Origin: Paecilomyces variotii
Taxonomy: Eukaryota
Assembly: GCA_004022145.1 (NCBI GenBank)
Contig: RCNU01000003.1
Reading direction: 5' to 3' (one strand)
DNA: 64,000 nucleotides
The position numbers and the translations under genes are program-made. Shown in pieces: positions 38,807 to 50,212 of the stretch. Every line of letters begins with the position of its first letter. The first letter of the stretch is position 1. The notes below the pieces were generated by a model. That model was not told the origin of the DNA, did no database searches, and saw only the letters and a list, made by a program, of their open reading frames with translations.

Positions 38807-39894
38807 ATGGATGCATCCCGAGATACTGCGGTCGAGGCATCGGCCTATTCGACAGATCAAATCATTGCCTGGCTCAAACATATCCGCCTCCCGAATTCAT
38901 ATACAGCGTATATTGACGACCCGGGGAGCTTCCCGAAGACTTATGAATCGCTCCAGACAGTGATGAGATGTCAGATTTCTCGATTTCCATATGAGAATCT
39001 CTCCGTGCATTATTCACCGACCCATATCGTTGATATTCGCCCCGAGGTCCTCTATGAGAAACTGATGGGTCACAATGGGGCCAAAGGACGAGGCGGCTAC
39101 TGTATGGAACTCAGCATTTTTTTCCATCACATGCTCCGTGGCCTGGGATTCCACGTATACATGACCGCCGTCCGAATCCGCCCCCGGACTGACGGGGTGC
39201 CTGGGGGAGAATATGGAGGATTGTACGTCCTTCTATTATACGATCTTCCTTATCTACCCACCTGACAAAAGATTCCCGGACAGCTAATGTGCATGATAGT
39301 ACCCATATCAACAACATTGTGCATCTGCCTTCCGGAAAGAGATTCTCCGTTGATGTTGGGTTTGGTGGAGATGGCCCTATCAGCCCACTTCCCTTGGACG
39401 AACCAGGGCGAGCCATTCCAAATATCGGCCGGCAGGAAGTTCGACTCATCCAAGACTACATCCCCAGACAGAGATTCCCGGAACCGAAGCTCTGGATTTA
39501 CCAGTACCGTAACGGGCCTGAGCAGGAATGGAACTCGTTCTATAGCTTTGCCGAAATGGAATTTTTTCAGGATGATTTTGAGGTGATGAATTGGTTTACC
39601 AGTGCAAAGAGCTTACACCGCTGGACCGTGCTAGTGGTGCGATTTCTACGGATGGCCGAAGACGTACTTTTTTCAGCTCGTTCTGACTTACCGCTAGACC
39701 AGGACATCACTATTACTGGTAAAGTCATGTTGGTGGACAATGCCATCAAAGTCAACCTGGGCGGCAAGACGCGCGTCGTGCACACGCTGAGCTCAGAAAA
39801 GGATCGACGCCAGGCACTCAAAGATTACTTTGGCATTTCTTTAACAGATGAAGAAGCGCGGGGTATCATAGGGTGGGATCAGGCACTCAGTTGA
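38807..39894 (+). CDS. Arylamine N-acetyltransferase (Cys-His-Asp triad), 1 intron
   Basis: FPYENL, GRGGYCMEL (Cys), THINNIV (His), VDVGFGG (Asp). Confidence 0.92.
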
Positions 39895-40661
39895 TCCGAT
39901 AGTTATCTACCATGAACAATTTCTTATGTAAGAATTCAGGGGCAAAGTGTTGTTAGAGTGAATACTAGACTTATTTGATTTCTCTCTCTCTCTCTTCAGT
40001 TTCCATAACTCATTGACAGTTCTATATTCAGCTTGGTCAGGCTTGAGGTAAAAGTATATTGTGCAACCCCATTAATACTAATTATCTGGTGACCAGGGTT
40101 CTGATTTCATCGGCGCGGCTGGAACCGAAGGCCTATTATTATTACAAAGAAACACCAGGAGTCTACCAAGCGATACAGCTTGATGAATAAGGCGAGTTGC
40201 AACTGTTGTGACATTCTCTCACTTATTGTGGCGCACCGTCTCCTGCATCAGGAAGGTCAGCGGATGCAAGTTGTCAGACCAACACACTGCCCCCCATGTA
40301 TTAATTGCAGCATGGGTTCTTATCCTCATTAGGTGGGCTGCTTCTTCGGGTCGTCGTGCTAGACATTCTGGACCTCGTAGGATCGTTAGCTCTCTGGGGT
40401 TCCCATCCCATCTAATTCTGATTGGAATAACATATCAGCAACTCCTGTCCTAGTATCTTTCTGTAATTCTAGGGGATCCCTCCCCATCATTCGGGACGCC
40501 CTAGTAACAGTATGGGGAAACCAGTTCGGGTACAGTACAACTGAAATGTACTCCTGGTCTTGTCAGGATTGCATGAAGTGAGGTGAATACATATTGAGAC
40601 CAGGGTGCGTGGCACGATTTATCTCATCTGCTCCCGACAGATCGACGGCCAACCGACCTCA

Positions 40662-42259
40662 ATGTCGCTTTCACCTCATTCAGTGACGAGAAGAGTGTAT
40701 ATGGAGTCCAAAGGCGAGCCGTTAGTTGTTGATCGGATCATCCCAATGGAACCAGATGACAAGACAACACCTGGACACCCTCTCGACAGCGTTGTGGAAA
40801 CAACACCGGTCGTGATAATCGACTTCGATGAGTCCATCCAACACCCTCACAATTGGCCGAATGTCCAACGATGGTCCATCCTGATCCTCAACACTCTGAT
40901 CAGCCTCCTGGTGAACCTGTCCACAACGATTGTAGCTCCCCTGCTGGAGACTATCTCAGCAGAATTTCACATGGACCCCCAGGTGGAAGGACCGCTGGTG
41001 ATGTCGAGCTATGTGCTGACCCTCGCACTCGGGCCCTTGCTCCTGGCGCCCTTCGGGGAGCTATATGGGCGCGTGGTCCTGATACAGTGCGGCCTGCTAG
41101 TATATCTGGTGTTCAATCTGGCATGCGGATTTGCAACGACCAAGGCCCAGCTCATCGCCTTCCGCGTGTTGGCGGGGATTGGGAGCGGAGCGGCCCCCGT
41201 GGTAAGTCTTGGATCGCTTCCTCACTATTATTCTATGTTTTCCTGCTCAGAGACTCGGTGCAGGTGGGCATCGCCATGATTAGCGACTGCTTCCGCAATG
41301 ATGAACGAGGGACCGCCTTGGGGGTCTTGAACATGGCTTTTATTCTGGCTGCTCCCCTGGGGGCCATCGTGGGAGGATTGGCCGCCCAATCTACGTCCTG
41401 GCGATTCATTTTCTTCGCACCCTCCATCGCGGCGGGATTGCTCGTCCTCGTTGGGCTCTTTGTGTACCACGAATCCTATCCACCGGTCATCCTCTCACGC
41501 AAGAAAAGACAATTCCAGCACGACGGCCATCTCGTGTGCAAAACGCCCTATGACGATCGGCACCCGACCATCGCAGACCTCTACTATAAGACCATCATCC
41601 GACCCGTATACTTCCTCACCACGCAGCCCATCATTCAGGTCCTCTCGCTCTACACGGGCTATATTTACGGCTTGACGTATCTCATCTTCTCCACCTTTAC
41701 CAGCTTGTGGGAACAGCAATACCACGAAACAGCCTCGATCGCTTCATTGCACTACATCGCCGCAGGGATCGGTTATTTCATCGGGATTGTCGCCTGCATC
41801 CTGTTCGCGGATCGAATTTACCGTGGGCTGAAAGGGAAAAACAATGATATCGGGCGACCAGAGTTCCGGATCCCGATGATGTCTGTGAGTGCTATCCTCA
41901 TCCCGACGAGCCTCTTCTGGTATGGCTGGACGGCACAAGAGCACATCCAGTGGGTGGTGCCAAATCTGGCGATTGTCCTCACCATGTGTGGCTGTACCAT
42001 TGTCTTTCAATGTACGACGGCCTACTGTATCGAAGCCTACCCACTGTATGCGGCGAGTGCCTCCGCAGCGTCCTTTTTATGCCGGGGGCTCTGTGCTTTT
42101 GGGTTTCCCTTATTTGCACCCAGCCTGTATGCACGGCTGGGGTATGGCTGGGGCGATAGCATACTAGGGTTTGTGGCGCTGATAATTAGCGGGCTGGTGC
42201 CCGTGGTGCTGTGGAAATTTGGGGTTCGACTGCGGAAAATAAGTAGCTATGCCATCTAG
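40662..42259 (+). CDS. MFS drug:H+ antiporter (DHA1-like), 1 intron; start uncertain (40662/40701/40746)
   Basis: HPHNWP, GPLLLAPFGELYGR, AFRVLAGIG, ISDCFRNDERG, WRFIF, ESYPPVIL, PEFRIP, LYARLGYGWG. Confidence 0.9.
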
Positions 42260-42387
42260 ATAGAATTGTCGGGTTGCTTCTTCTTTCTCCCTTGATAAAC
42301 CATGTACGTATCTGGCTCGAACAGCGCAGATGGTGCGTAGATGATTAAAGAGCTCTACAACGCCTAATAATACTGGTAGACAACCGA

Positions 42388-42389
<2 letters not shown>

Positions 42390-42418
<29 letters not shown>
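42390..42418 (+). repeat. Poly(A)29 tract about 130 nt downstream of the MFS stop codon
   Basis: Run of A seen directly. Confidence 0.9.
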
Positions 42419-42420
<2 letters not shown>

Positions 42421-44334
42421 ATGATAGATGTATCAAGGGCATCATATGATATTCAAAACATTATCTAGTTTACATTCCATTTCAGTTGATTTTGGAAATA
42501 CAGTGGATTCATCCTTGTGGGCGTGGCAATTAGTTAACTAGGTAACTACTTCCTATGGACATGCTGATTTGTAACCTAGCCCAGACCAAATTGGTTCACA
42601 GAAAAGATAAGACAGCAAAATATTCCATCCTCAGACTACAGCCAAAATATTTTCTTGTTGCCTTTGCTGATCTATCAAAGTGGTTTAACCGGATATTGAG
42701 GTTAGGAAGATCGGATCTTACTCCAACGACTTACTTCTCGTTTCTAGCAATGCCCGATCATGCTGAAGATGGTGATTTTAAGCAGCCCCTGTTGGGAAAG
42801 GTTGATGATAATAATAATAATAATAATAATGGTTTGGTGGGCGCCAACAATAGAGAAAATCGGAGAGATTAAGGTGACAAGCGTCATCTCGGACTATTCT
42901 CCACCGCTCTTCTCCTGTAAGTTGTTTCTTAGACATGTTACTTTCCTATTCCTGAGTTTCTCTTTTTGTTTTTTTTTTTTTCCCTTTCTCGAAATAGCTT
43001 ACATCCGACCATATCTCACGACCTTGTTTTCTTTCGGTGCCCCTAGGGGCTCCAGTAGTGGTCGCCCGCGCCAGCAGCCAGCTTAGTCAGCAGAGTAGTG
43101 GCCAGATAGATCAGTTCAGCTCGATTGAGCCCCTAGATAGTTCCTCAATCAAGCATCTTCGTCAGCTCCAAGATTTTCCTTTTACATGGTCTTCAGCTTC
43201 ACTGCCAAGCTGTTAATCTTTCCGTACCTCCTATTTGAGTGGGAGGCATAAAAGCGATAATTTTGGGTAAGTTCTTGACAAGACTAATTACTTTGCGGCT
43301 CATCTTGTATCATATATATATATATACAGTCATAGCTGACTAGGCAGAAGTAGCTTAGAGTCGAGGTCATGGCGAGTACCTAAGCCGAATAGGGAATTTC
43401 TATAGTTATAGTAGGTACCTACTTTAACAATAACGAGAAGGATTGAAGACTACTTAGTACGTACATTGAACCTGCTGGGTTCCAGAGAGCTGCTATTCCA
43501 ATTGTAGTGGCAAAGTTTCAAGCTGGGAATTATGTCGGCGCCTAGAGCTTACCTTGCATAGTGTGATTGCGTATGCATGCCTCAGAGAGGCCAAGAAAGA
43601 CACCTAGAGAATAGGTGTTTTAGTCGAGTGGTAAGGTATATCAGATTCAGCCATTTAAATAGTCTTGAGGTCCCTGACAGACAGTGTTTTCAACAAGTGG
43701 TAGAGAACGCACCGGAGACCCCGGCCTGTTACCTGACTGTCACCTGCTGGAAATCAGCCACTAGGGCTGACAGATGCAGAATACGAATCCTACTGTTGTT
43801 AGCTGTGAGGGATACCTTGCTTGAAAGCTTAATACTAAATGCAACTGTCATGAAAGATGTTGTCGACTCCATCTGACGTGCATCAGCCCCTGGCTTTGGA
43901 GGGTCATATGGTTATTATCAAAAGTTAGCATAGCATAGAACTTTGGCTGGGGGAGAGGAGGGGGCGGAGCAAAATCGTGAGTATATTAAGAAGGCTGAGA
44001 TATTTGTATCTCAGCTCTGGTCTAGTTTAGCCATGGACCCGTTTGGAGATAAAGCACATAAGGGAAGTTAGTGGACTACTGTAATAGCTTTACAAGAAAG
44101 GTTGATAACCAATGGATGACAGGCAATGGTGGTCTTGCTCTTAGCCCTTGCAAGCACTTCAAGCTCAATAAATCAGGTCTCTGGTTTGGAACATGTACAG
44201 ATAGATAGATGGCCCCATGTCTTTTGCCATTGGCCCACATATATAACAGGACTGATTGCAACATTCTGGCGCAATCTGAGCAGTTTCTTTTGTGATTCCC
44301 TCCACACTGGGGTGCAGCAAGAATTTGCTTCTAG

Positions 44335-46515
44335 ATGGATATCGCGATCTGTATCCCCCTAGCTCTTCTCTATGGAGCGTGCGCGCTTCTCCTTATCCAC
44401 GGCCTAGGCTTCCAACTGCATATGCGGACCATAAAGAACAGTGAATCCTTCACATCCCCAATCGATATCCAGGATGGTCGTTCAGGTCCCTCAGGACAGG
44501 GATCGAATGCAGACCGCCTGACTATATCTCAGCAATATGATGAGTATAAGGAGATGTATTTCAAACTCCAGAATGTGGAACGGCATCCGGAAGTGATGCC
44601 GCGCGCCAAACATCTTCTACTTGCGTTCCTGTCTGAAGCAATTCTTTGCGCCCATGCGCAGCATAGTGCAATCCTCGCCATTGAGCGATTTTCCCCCAGC
44701 GCGATCGCCGCATTTATGCGCCGCGAGCTGGATCACATCACGCATCAATGGCAACAGTATCTTCAGCGGCGAAAAGAGGGCCACGCCCGGGAGTTGTTTT
44801 CAGATGCGGATGCCGCAAAACGGTGGCTCGTAAAAAAGGCCCCAGTCAAGCTGGTGGACGGCGCGTGGCTTGGTCAAGTCCACACCGTGGGGATTCCATT
44901 TGCATACCGTTCCATTACCAAGGACGCCTGGCAGGTGCTCTCGGAGGAGCTTGGGGACGGCTATCTGGAGAAGAACCATGTCCACGTGTATCAGAAGCTA
45001 ATGCGTCAAATTGGCGTGGATCTCCCGGCTGCCGACTCGGCGGAGTTTATACAAGCCATGGACAATGATCCTTGCATTTGGAAAGGTGCAATTGCGCAAC
45101 TTCTCATAGCCTTGTTTCCAAGTGAATTCCTGCCGGAGACTCTGGGATTCAATATGCATTTCGAGATGTTGACCCTGGAAACCATGGTGGCCGCTACGGA
45201 GCTGCGCGAGGTTCACCTCGATCCCTCCTATTTCAATTTGCACATTTCAATCGACAACGCCGATTCGGGACATATGGCTATGGCGAGTCACATTGTCATG
45301 AAATACCTGTCGACCGTGCAGGCGGTCGAGGGAGCAGATGCCGCCCAGCAGGCCTGGAAGCGCGTCCAGGCGGGATTTGTGCTCTCCAAGCATCTCCCGT
45401 CCCACCAGCGCAGTTTCCCCAACCAAGGTCCCCTTGCCATAGATCTTATGAGGATCTTTCAAGCTAAATCCGTTGCATGCCATCGACTGCATGACAACTG
45501 CCGAGTGAGATTGGGCGGCCGGTCACTGAGCACCTGGCTCAACCCGGACCATTTCCAGCGGGAGCGATGGCAGACGGATTTTCTGGACTGTCTCAGCAAC
45601 GATAGGCTGTGGGTGCGAAAAGGTGACAGTGCAAGCAGCCGACTAGTCCAGCAATGTGTCTGGGGTGGACCCATGTTTGGTGCGTTCACCGATTCTGAAG
45701 TGGCCACGATCAAGAACTGGATCGATAGTTTGGCACCCGATAGTCCAATGACATATTGGCATTTCATCGGATGGTCTTGCAGCTCTGATGAATCCCAAGT
45801 CAGCGCCAGTGGCCCAGTCAATCTCGAAACCGTTTTCCGAGACGCGAGGATTTCTCCTAGTCACCTTCCTCCCCCAGTCCGGAGCATCGATCTCAGCTTT
45901 GTCCCAATCCTCCATAAATTGATCCCACTTTGGTTCGTCCACCCATGTCTGCTCGAGTCGTGTCTACGGGTTCCAGTTAGGACCACCAACTCGATCGGCT
46001 GTTCGGTGGTTCGTCTTCTTCGCGCCCAGTATGGCTTTGATGAAACCACTGGGATCGCCGGAATGGATGAGATACGCCGGGCAGGATGGGTCGATTTGAC
46101 TGAGATTGGCATGGAGATTATCTCTCATGTCGAGGACATGCCTTCCAAACCCAAGGATGTCGCGGATGTCCTAGAGCGGTGGCCGTCGGCATTTGCAGAG
46201 ACGATGCTCGCTTTGGCAATGCGACCCCAGCAGTGTTTCTGGTCCCTGCTGGGTCTCACCCAAGCATTCGTTCATCTGCACCACTGGCTTGCCCTGTCAC
46301 CGTTGCTTTCGCGGAGGACGAGAGCTATCGTCCACCGTATTGCACTGCAGGAACAAGTGAGTTTGGATACGTGTATGAAGGGACTTCAGGAGCAGGATCT
46401 GGCATATGAGGATTTTTGGAAAGGGTATGAGCTTGGCCGGGTTGAAATTGACGGTTGTTTTGAGAAACGCAAATCAATCTCTTCGCTTCAATCCACTATG
46501 AGAAAAGGAGCCTGA
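44335..46515 (+). CDS. Heme-oxygenase-like diiron oxidase (HDO; 'iron-containing redox enzyme' family), intronless, 726 aa
   Basis: APVKLVDGAWLG, WQVLSEELGDG..KNHVHVY (E..H), LGFNMHFE, YFNLHISIDNADSGH (H..D..H), WGGPMFGAF. Confidence 0.8.
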   Translation: MDIAICIPLALLYGACALLLIHGLGFQLHMRTIKNSESFTSPIDIQDGRSGPSGQGSNADRLTISQQYDEYKEMYFKLQNVERHPEVMPRAKHLLLAFLSEAILCAHAQHSAILAIERFSPSAIAAFMRRELDHITHQWQQYLQRRKEGHARELFSDADAAKRWLVKKAPVKLVDGAWLGQVHTVGIPFAYRSITKDAWQVLSEELGDGYLEKNHVHVYQKLMRQIGVDLPAADSAEFIQAMDNDPCIWKGAIAQLLIALFPSEFLPETLGFNMHFEMLTLETMVAATELREVHLDPSYFNLHISIDNADSGHMAMASHIVMKYLSTVQAVEGADAAQQAWKRVQAGFVLSKHLPSHQRSFPNQGPLAIDLMRIFQAKSVACHRLHDNCRVRLGGRSLSTWLNPDHFQRERWQTDFLDCLSNDRLWVRKGDSASSRLVQQCVWGGPMFGAFTDSEVATIKNWIDSLAPDSPMTYWHFIGWSCSSDESQVSASGPVNLETVFRDARISPSHLPPPVRSIDLSFVPILHKLIPLWFVHPCLLESCLRVPVRTTNSIGCSVVRLLRAQYGFDETTGIAGMDEIRRAGWVDLTEIGMEIISHVEDMPSKPKDVADVLERWPSAFAETMLALAMRPQQCFWSLLGLTQAFVHLHHWLALSPLLSRRTRAIVHRIALQEQVSLDTCMKGLQEQDLAYEDFWKGYELGRVEIDGCFEKRKSISSLQSTMRKGA

Positions 46516-47857
46516 AGTCATGGCCGGTTTGTTATTAGGCAAATACTACAGGAGCATTTGAAACCTCGGAAATGAGATAACTAATCATAGCAAGAAATTG
46601 TGGTAACCCTGAATATCATCACTCTACCACAGTTAGTAGTTGTCGTTGGCGAAACGATATAAAATGAAGATAACAGTTCATTTTACGCTACTCACTCGCG
46701 CCTTCATCTGATTGGACGTCGTCATCTGGATCTCACGTGCTCTTTACTGCCTTCCTTTTTCGTCTGATCAGGTGATCTTCCCTCCCTAATAATCAAAACA
46801 AACAACTATTTTCTACCTGTCTAACCTATTATTTTACTACCTCTACTAATCTGCCAGCTTTATGGGATTTCCTAATCGATATACCCCATTCGCTCTACTA
46901 GTTATCTATTATACGTCGATTTAACCCAATAGGGGAGACTATAGGCGATCACTTACAGGTTCCTGTAAGGTTAAGATATGATGAATTCGAAGGTTTAGGC
47001 ACACAATACAGTACGATCATTTCATTAATGTATACCGGAGCCTGAATCCAGGCCTCTGAATACCCAGATGAAGTATTGGATTGTCCACCCTTTCCCTTTC
47101 CAGCCTCTCTGCCAAGCTCCCAGCACCTGCGGTACTTCTTGCATCGGGCATCAGACCTGCGGCAGCATTCAAACCACCCATGGGGTTGTTGGCGCTGGAA
47201 CCGTTGGAAGAACGGACCCGCGAGTACTGATACGTAATCAGTATACCATCCCAAAAGGCACAACGACGAAACCCTCTTTCCGGATTTCTTCCGACCTGAT
47301 CCGCAGCGATGGCTTGGCCAGCCGCTGGAGCACTATTGTTGGCTTTTGTGAGGGGTCCTAGGTGAGTAAGTTAATTGCTGCCCGGCAAGCTGCATAATCA
47401 GTATTTACTTATCTAGAGGAGGGGTAGGGTTTAGCGTCATTGCAATCAACAAGGATTGAATCAGGATTTCCAGATGAAAAATTGGCCCACTGAATATGTA
47501 ACGGGTTATTGCAGCAGACACGGGAGAAAATTGAATTGAGAAGTAGAATAAACTTCATGTTCACTTAGTTTCCAAAGCCTTGGACTAAATTCATGGTCGA
47601 TGTCGGAAAAGGTCAACTGAAATAATAAAATGACGGCTCCTTAGAGGTCTGGCCCCTAAGTCTGATATAAAATCATTCCATATTCGCGCTGGTATGTGCA
47701 TATGGAATAGCCATTTAGATCATTTCCAAGGAACTCACACAAAACCGAGTATACAGGTCACTTGACCCTTCGCGTAGGGTCTTAAATATCGTATCGTTCG
47801 CCCTTGCCTTACGCTATTTTCATCATTGCTTCCGTCCCATCCCAATGTACCGATACA

Positions 47858-49363
47858 ATGGGGTTCTATCTATCGAAGCCCCAGCTTCAAAAACGGCACT
47901 CTGGTCCCATTGATACGGCCACTAGAGACCGAAAGACTTATCAGCAGAGCTGCAGCGGATTATCTGTTTTCGATAGTCTATATTCGACACAGTCCCTCAT
48001 GCCTGTTACCCATGCTCATGACCCCTTAGCCCGCGAAAAGGAAGATGAACACCCCACATTCCCTTTGTTGTCTTTCATCTGGGACCCTGAATCCCCTCCC
48101 GAGTACCCAGAAGATGAGGATGCGATCAAATTTCTTCCCTTGGAGAGGGGTTTCCAATGGGTGAGCCAATTACCCGGCTGTCGTCAATCAAAGCATTGGG
48201 GAAGCACAAAGAAGGTGACCATGCAGTTTCTGGATGAAATTCACACAAGTATGAAAAATAGTGTGTCAAAATTACCAGAGGAGTTGCAGCAGAGATCCGA
48301 TAATATTGAACGTGCAAAAAAGGAGCAAGATCTTATAGAAACAGCAGTAAGATCAATAACACACATGATGCCCGATGCAAGCGCGGTCAGGTCAGGAATC
48401 ATTGCACAGTCTATGTTAATCATTTTCCTCCACAATGGTATGTAATACTTTTAGGTATTTTGTTACATATTTCTATAACTCTAATAACTAACTTCTTAGC
48501 AGATGTGGTTGAACTAGATCCTTCGCAAGCAGTACGTCTTCACCATGAATGGAGTAGAGTCTCTCAATTTAATCATGAGGCATCCATAGGGCCACACAGT
48601 CGCAGATGAAATTATGCATCTCTGGAGAGAAAGCACCGATGGGGAGCTGCAGATTCCGGAAGCAACACTTCAGGGGGGGAATTTCCTTCACAGTTTCACA
48701 AAGCGTGTTCTGGAAGAAGACCCAATCAGCGGCAAGGAGCTCTTGAAAGGCGCTTACCGATGGGTGGTCTTCACTCGAGGATATAAGACTATCCCGCCGA
48801 GCACTTTTGAGAGCCTGCGGAGCTATCTAGATTACCGCGATATTGACATTGGGAATGAGTCAGTTCATCTGATTAACTCTTTATACAATGATATACCCAT
48901 TGAGTAATGTGAACGCTAACCACATTGAATTATCAGTCTCCTCCTAGGACAAGTGGCCTTTGCTTGTGACGTCCGGTTTTGTGAAGAGGACAAAGCTATA
49001 TTGAAAAACCTGATCCGGCTCTGGGAAGACCACATTTCTCTTGTCAATGATCTATACTCCTTTCACAAAGAATACGAAAAGTCAAAATCTGGCTGGCTGA
49101 TACTGAATGCCATTGATGTGATCCGGAAGACGAATGGGGTTTCGACCTTCACCGCGAAGAAAATAGCCCGAGAAATTATATTCGACCTGGAAATCCAGTT
49201 TTACAAAGAATTTAAGAGACTCCTGGATCATAGCTTGCTGAACTCTTGTCAGGAAAAGTTGGCGAAAGGAATCGCGAAATGTATGGCAGGGCATGTCTAT
49301 TACTCTGTCACCAACCCTCGTTATAGTGGACCAGGAACAACAGTATTCAATAGCACAGATTAG
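47858..49363 (+). CDS. Class I terpene synthase (sesqui-/diterpene cyclase fold), 4 exons
   Basis: Spliced FLHN|DVVE (DDxxE-like), YLDYRDID effector Arg, NDLYSFHKE NSE motif, C-terminal PRY. Confidence 0.82.
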
Positions 49364-50212
49364 AGGAGAGATTAAGCTTAAGGATTCAGCATGCTAATTT
49401 ACCTAGATACTCCCAAAACAGTAAATATTTCACGATATTCGACATATCTTGACTTTTGAGATTCCAACAAAATAACTGGAATGTAAACCACCCTCTTTCA
49501 GTAATACAGATAAAATGCTCTCAACTGAAAGGGATCCTCTGGCACTTCCAGCCTGCTCATTTCTCTGAGATCGAGCTCTAAAGCTCTGGGCTATCTAAGC
49601 TATCTGGCCTAAAGCGGAAGGAGGCAGGCGATATCCGCCTGGTCCTAGGGACCCAAAATGATTCATATTTAGCGGCGTACGACGGATCTCTCATTATGTC
49701 TGCTGCTAGGAGCTGTAAACTCGATTCTCATGATGGCACGCATCGAATAATCAAATACTCCAGTCAACCAGGCCGGCTCCGCAGATGAGATGTCTCGTCG
49801 AATGAAGTATCCATCGGCTGAGGTCCAGCACACCCATCCGCAGGCCATGAGGGCGCTCGCTAGAGCTAAGATATTTAAAAATATGAGAGGAATAAGGATG
49901 CATTTGAGGGTAATTTACGCTTCCCTGTCTGCATGCTGGAATATACGCATTGTCTCTTTCCGCTTTCCCCGCACGGCGTCTTTTCTCCCCGCCGAGTTCC
50001 TCTTCCTCCGCAGCGCAATCCGAAGCGCTCCATTTCCCCGCTCATCATATTCCGCCCATCATATCATCGCCATTGTTTCTTGATCAATTGCGGCGAGTTG
50101 CTCGCACACATCGGTTCTGGACCCTAAGCAGGAATTGGAAGCAGGAATTGGATTGCAAGTCCTTAGACAAACAACATTAACCGAAATACAGGAGAGGCGG
50201 TCACTAGACACG

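Noticed and set aside
42390-42418. Poly(A) tract as a retroposon tail
   Set aside because: No target-site duplication or element body recognised, and the upstream MFS gene retains its intron
42555-44300. Short ORFs between the MFS and HDO genes, including poly-Asn/poly-Ile
   Set aside because: Derived from (AAT)n and T-runs; no recognisable domain or splice structure
46949-47361. GC-richer patch with short ORFs between the HDO and terpene synthase genes
   Set aside because: Could be a gene relic, but no motif could be assigned
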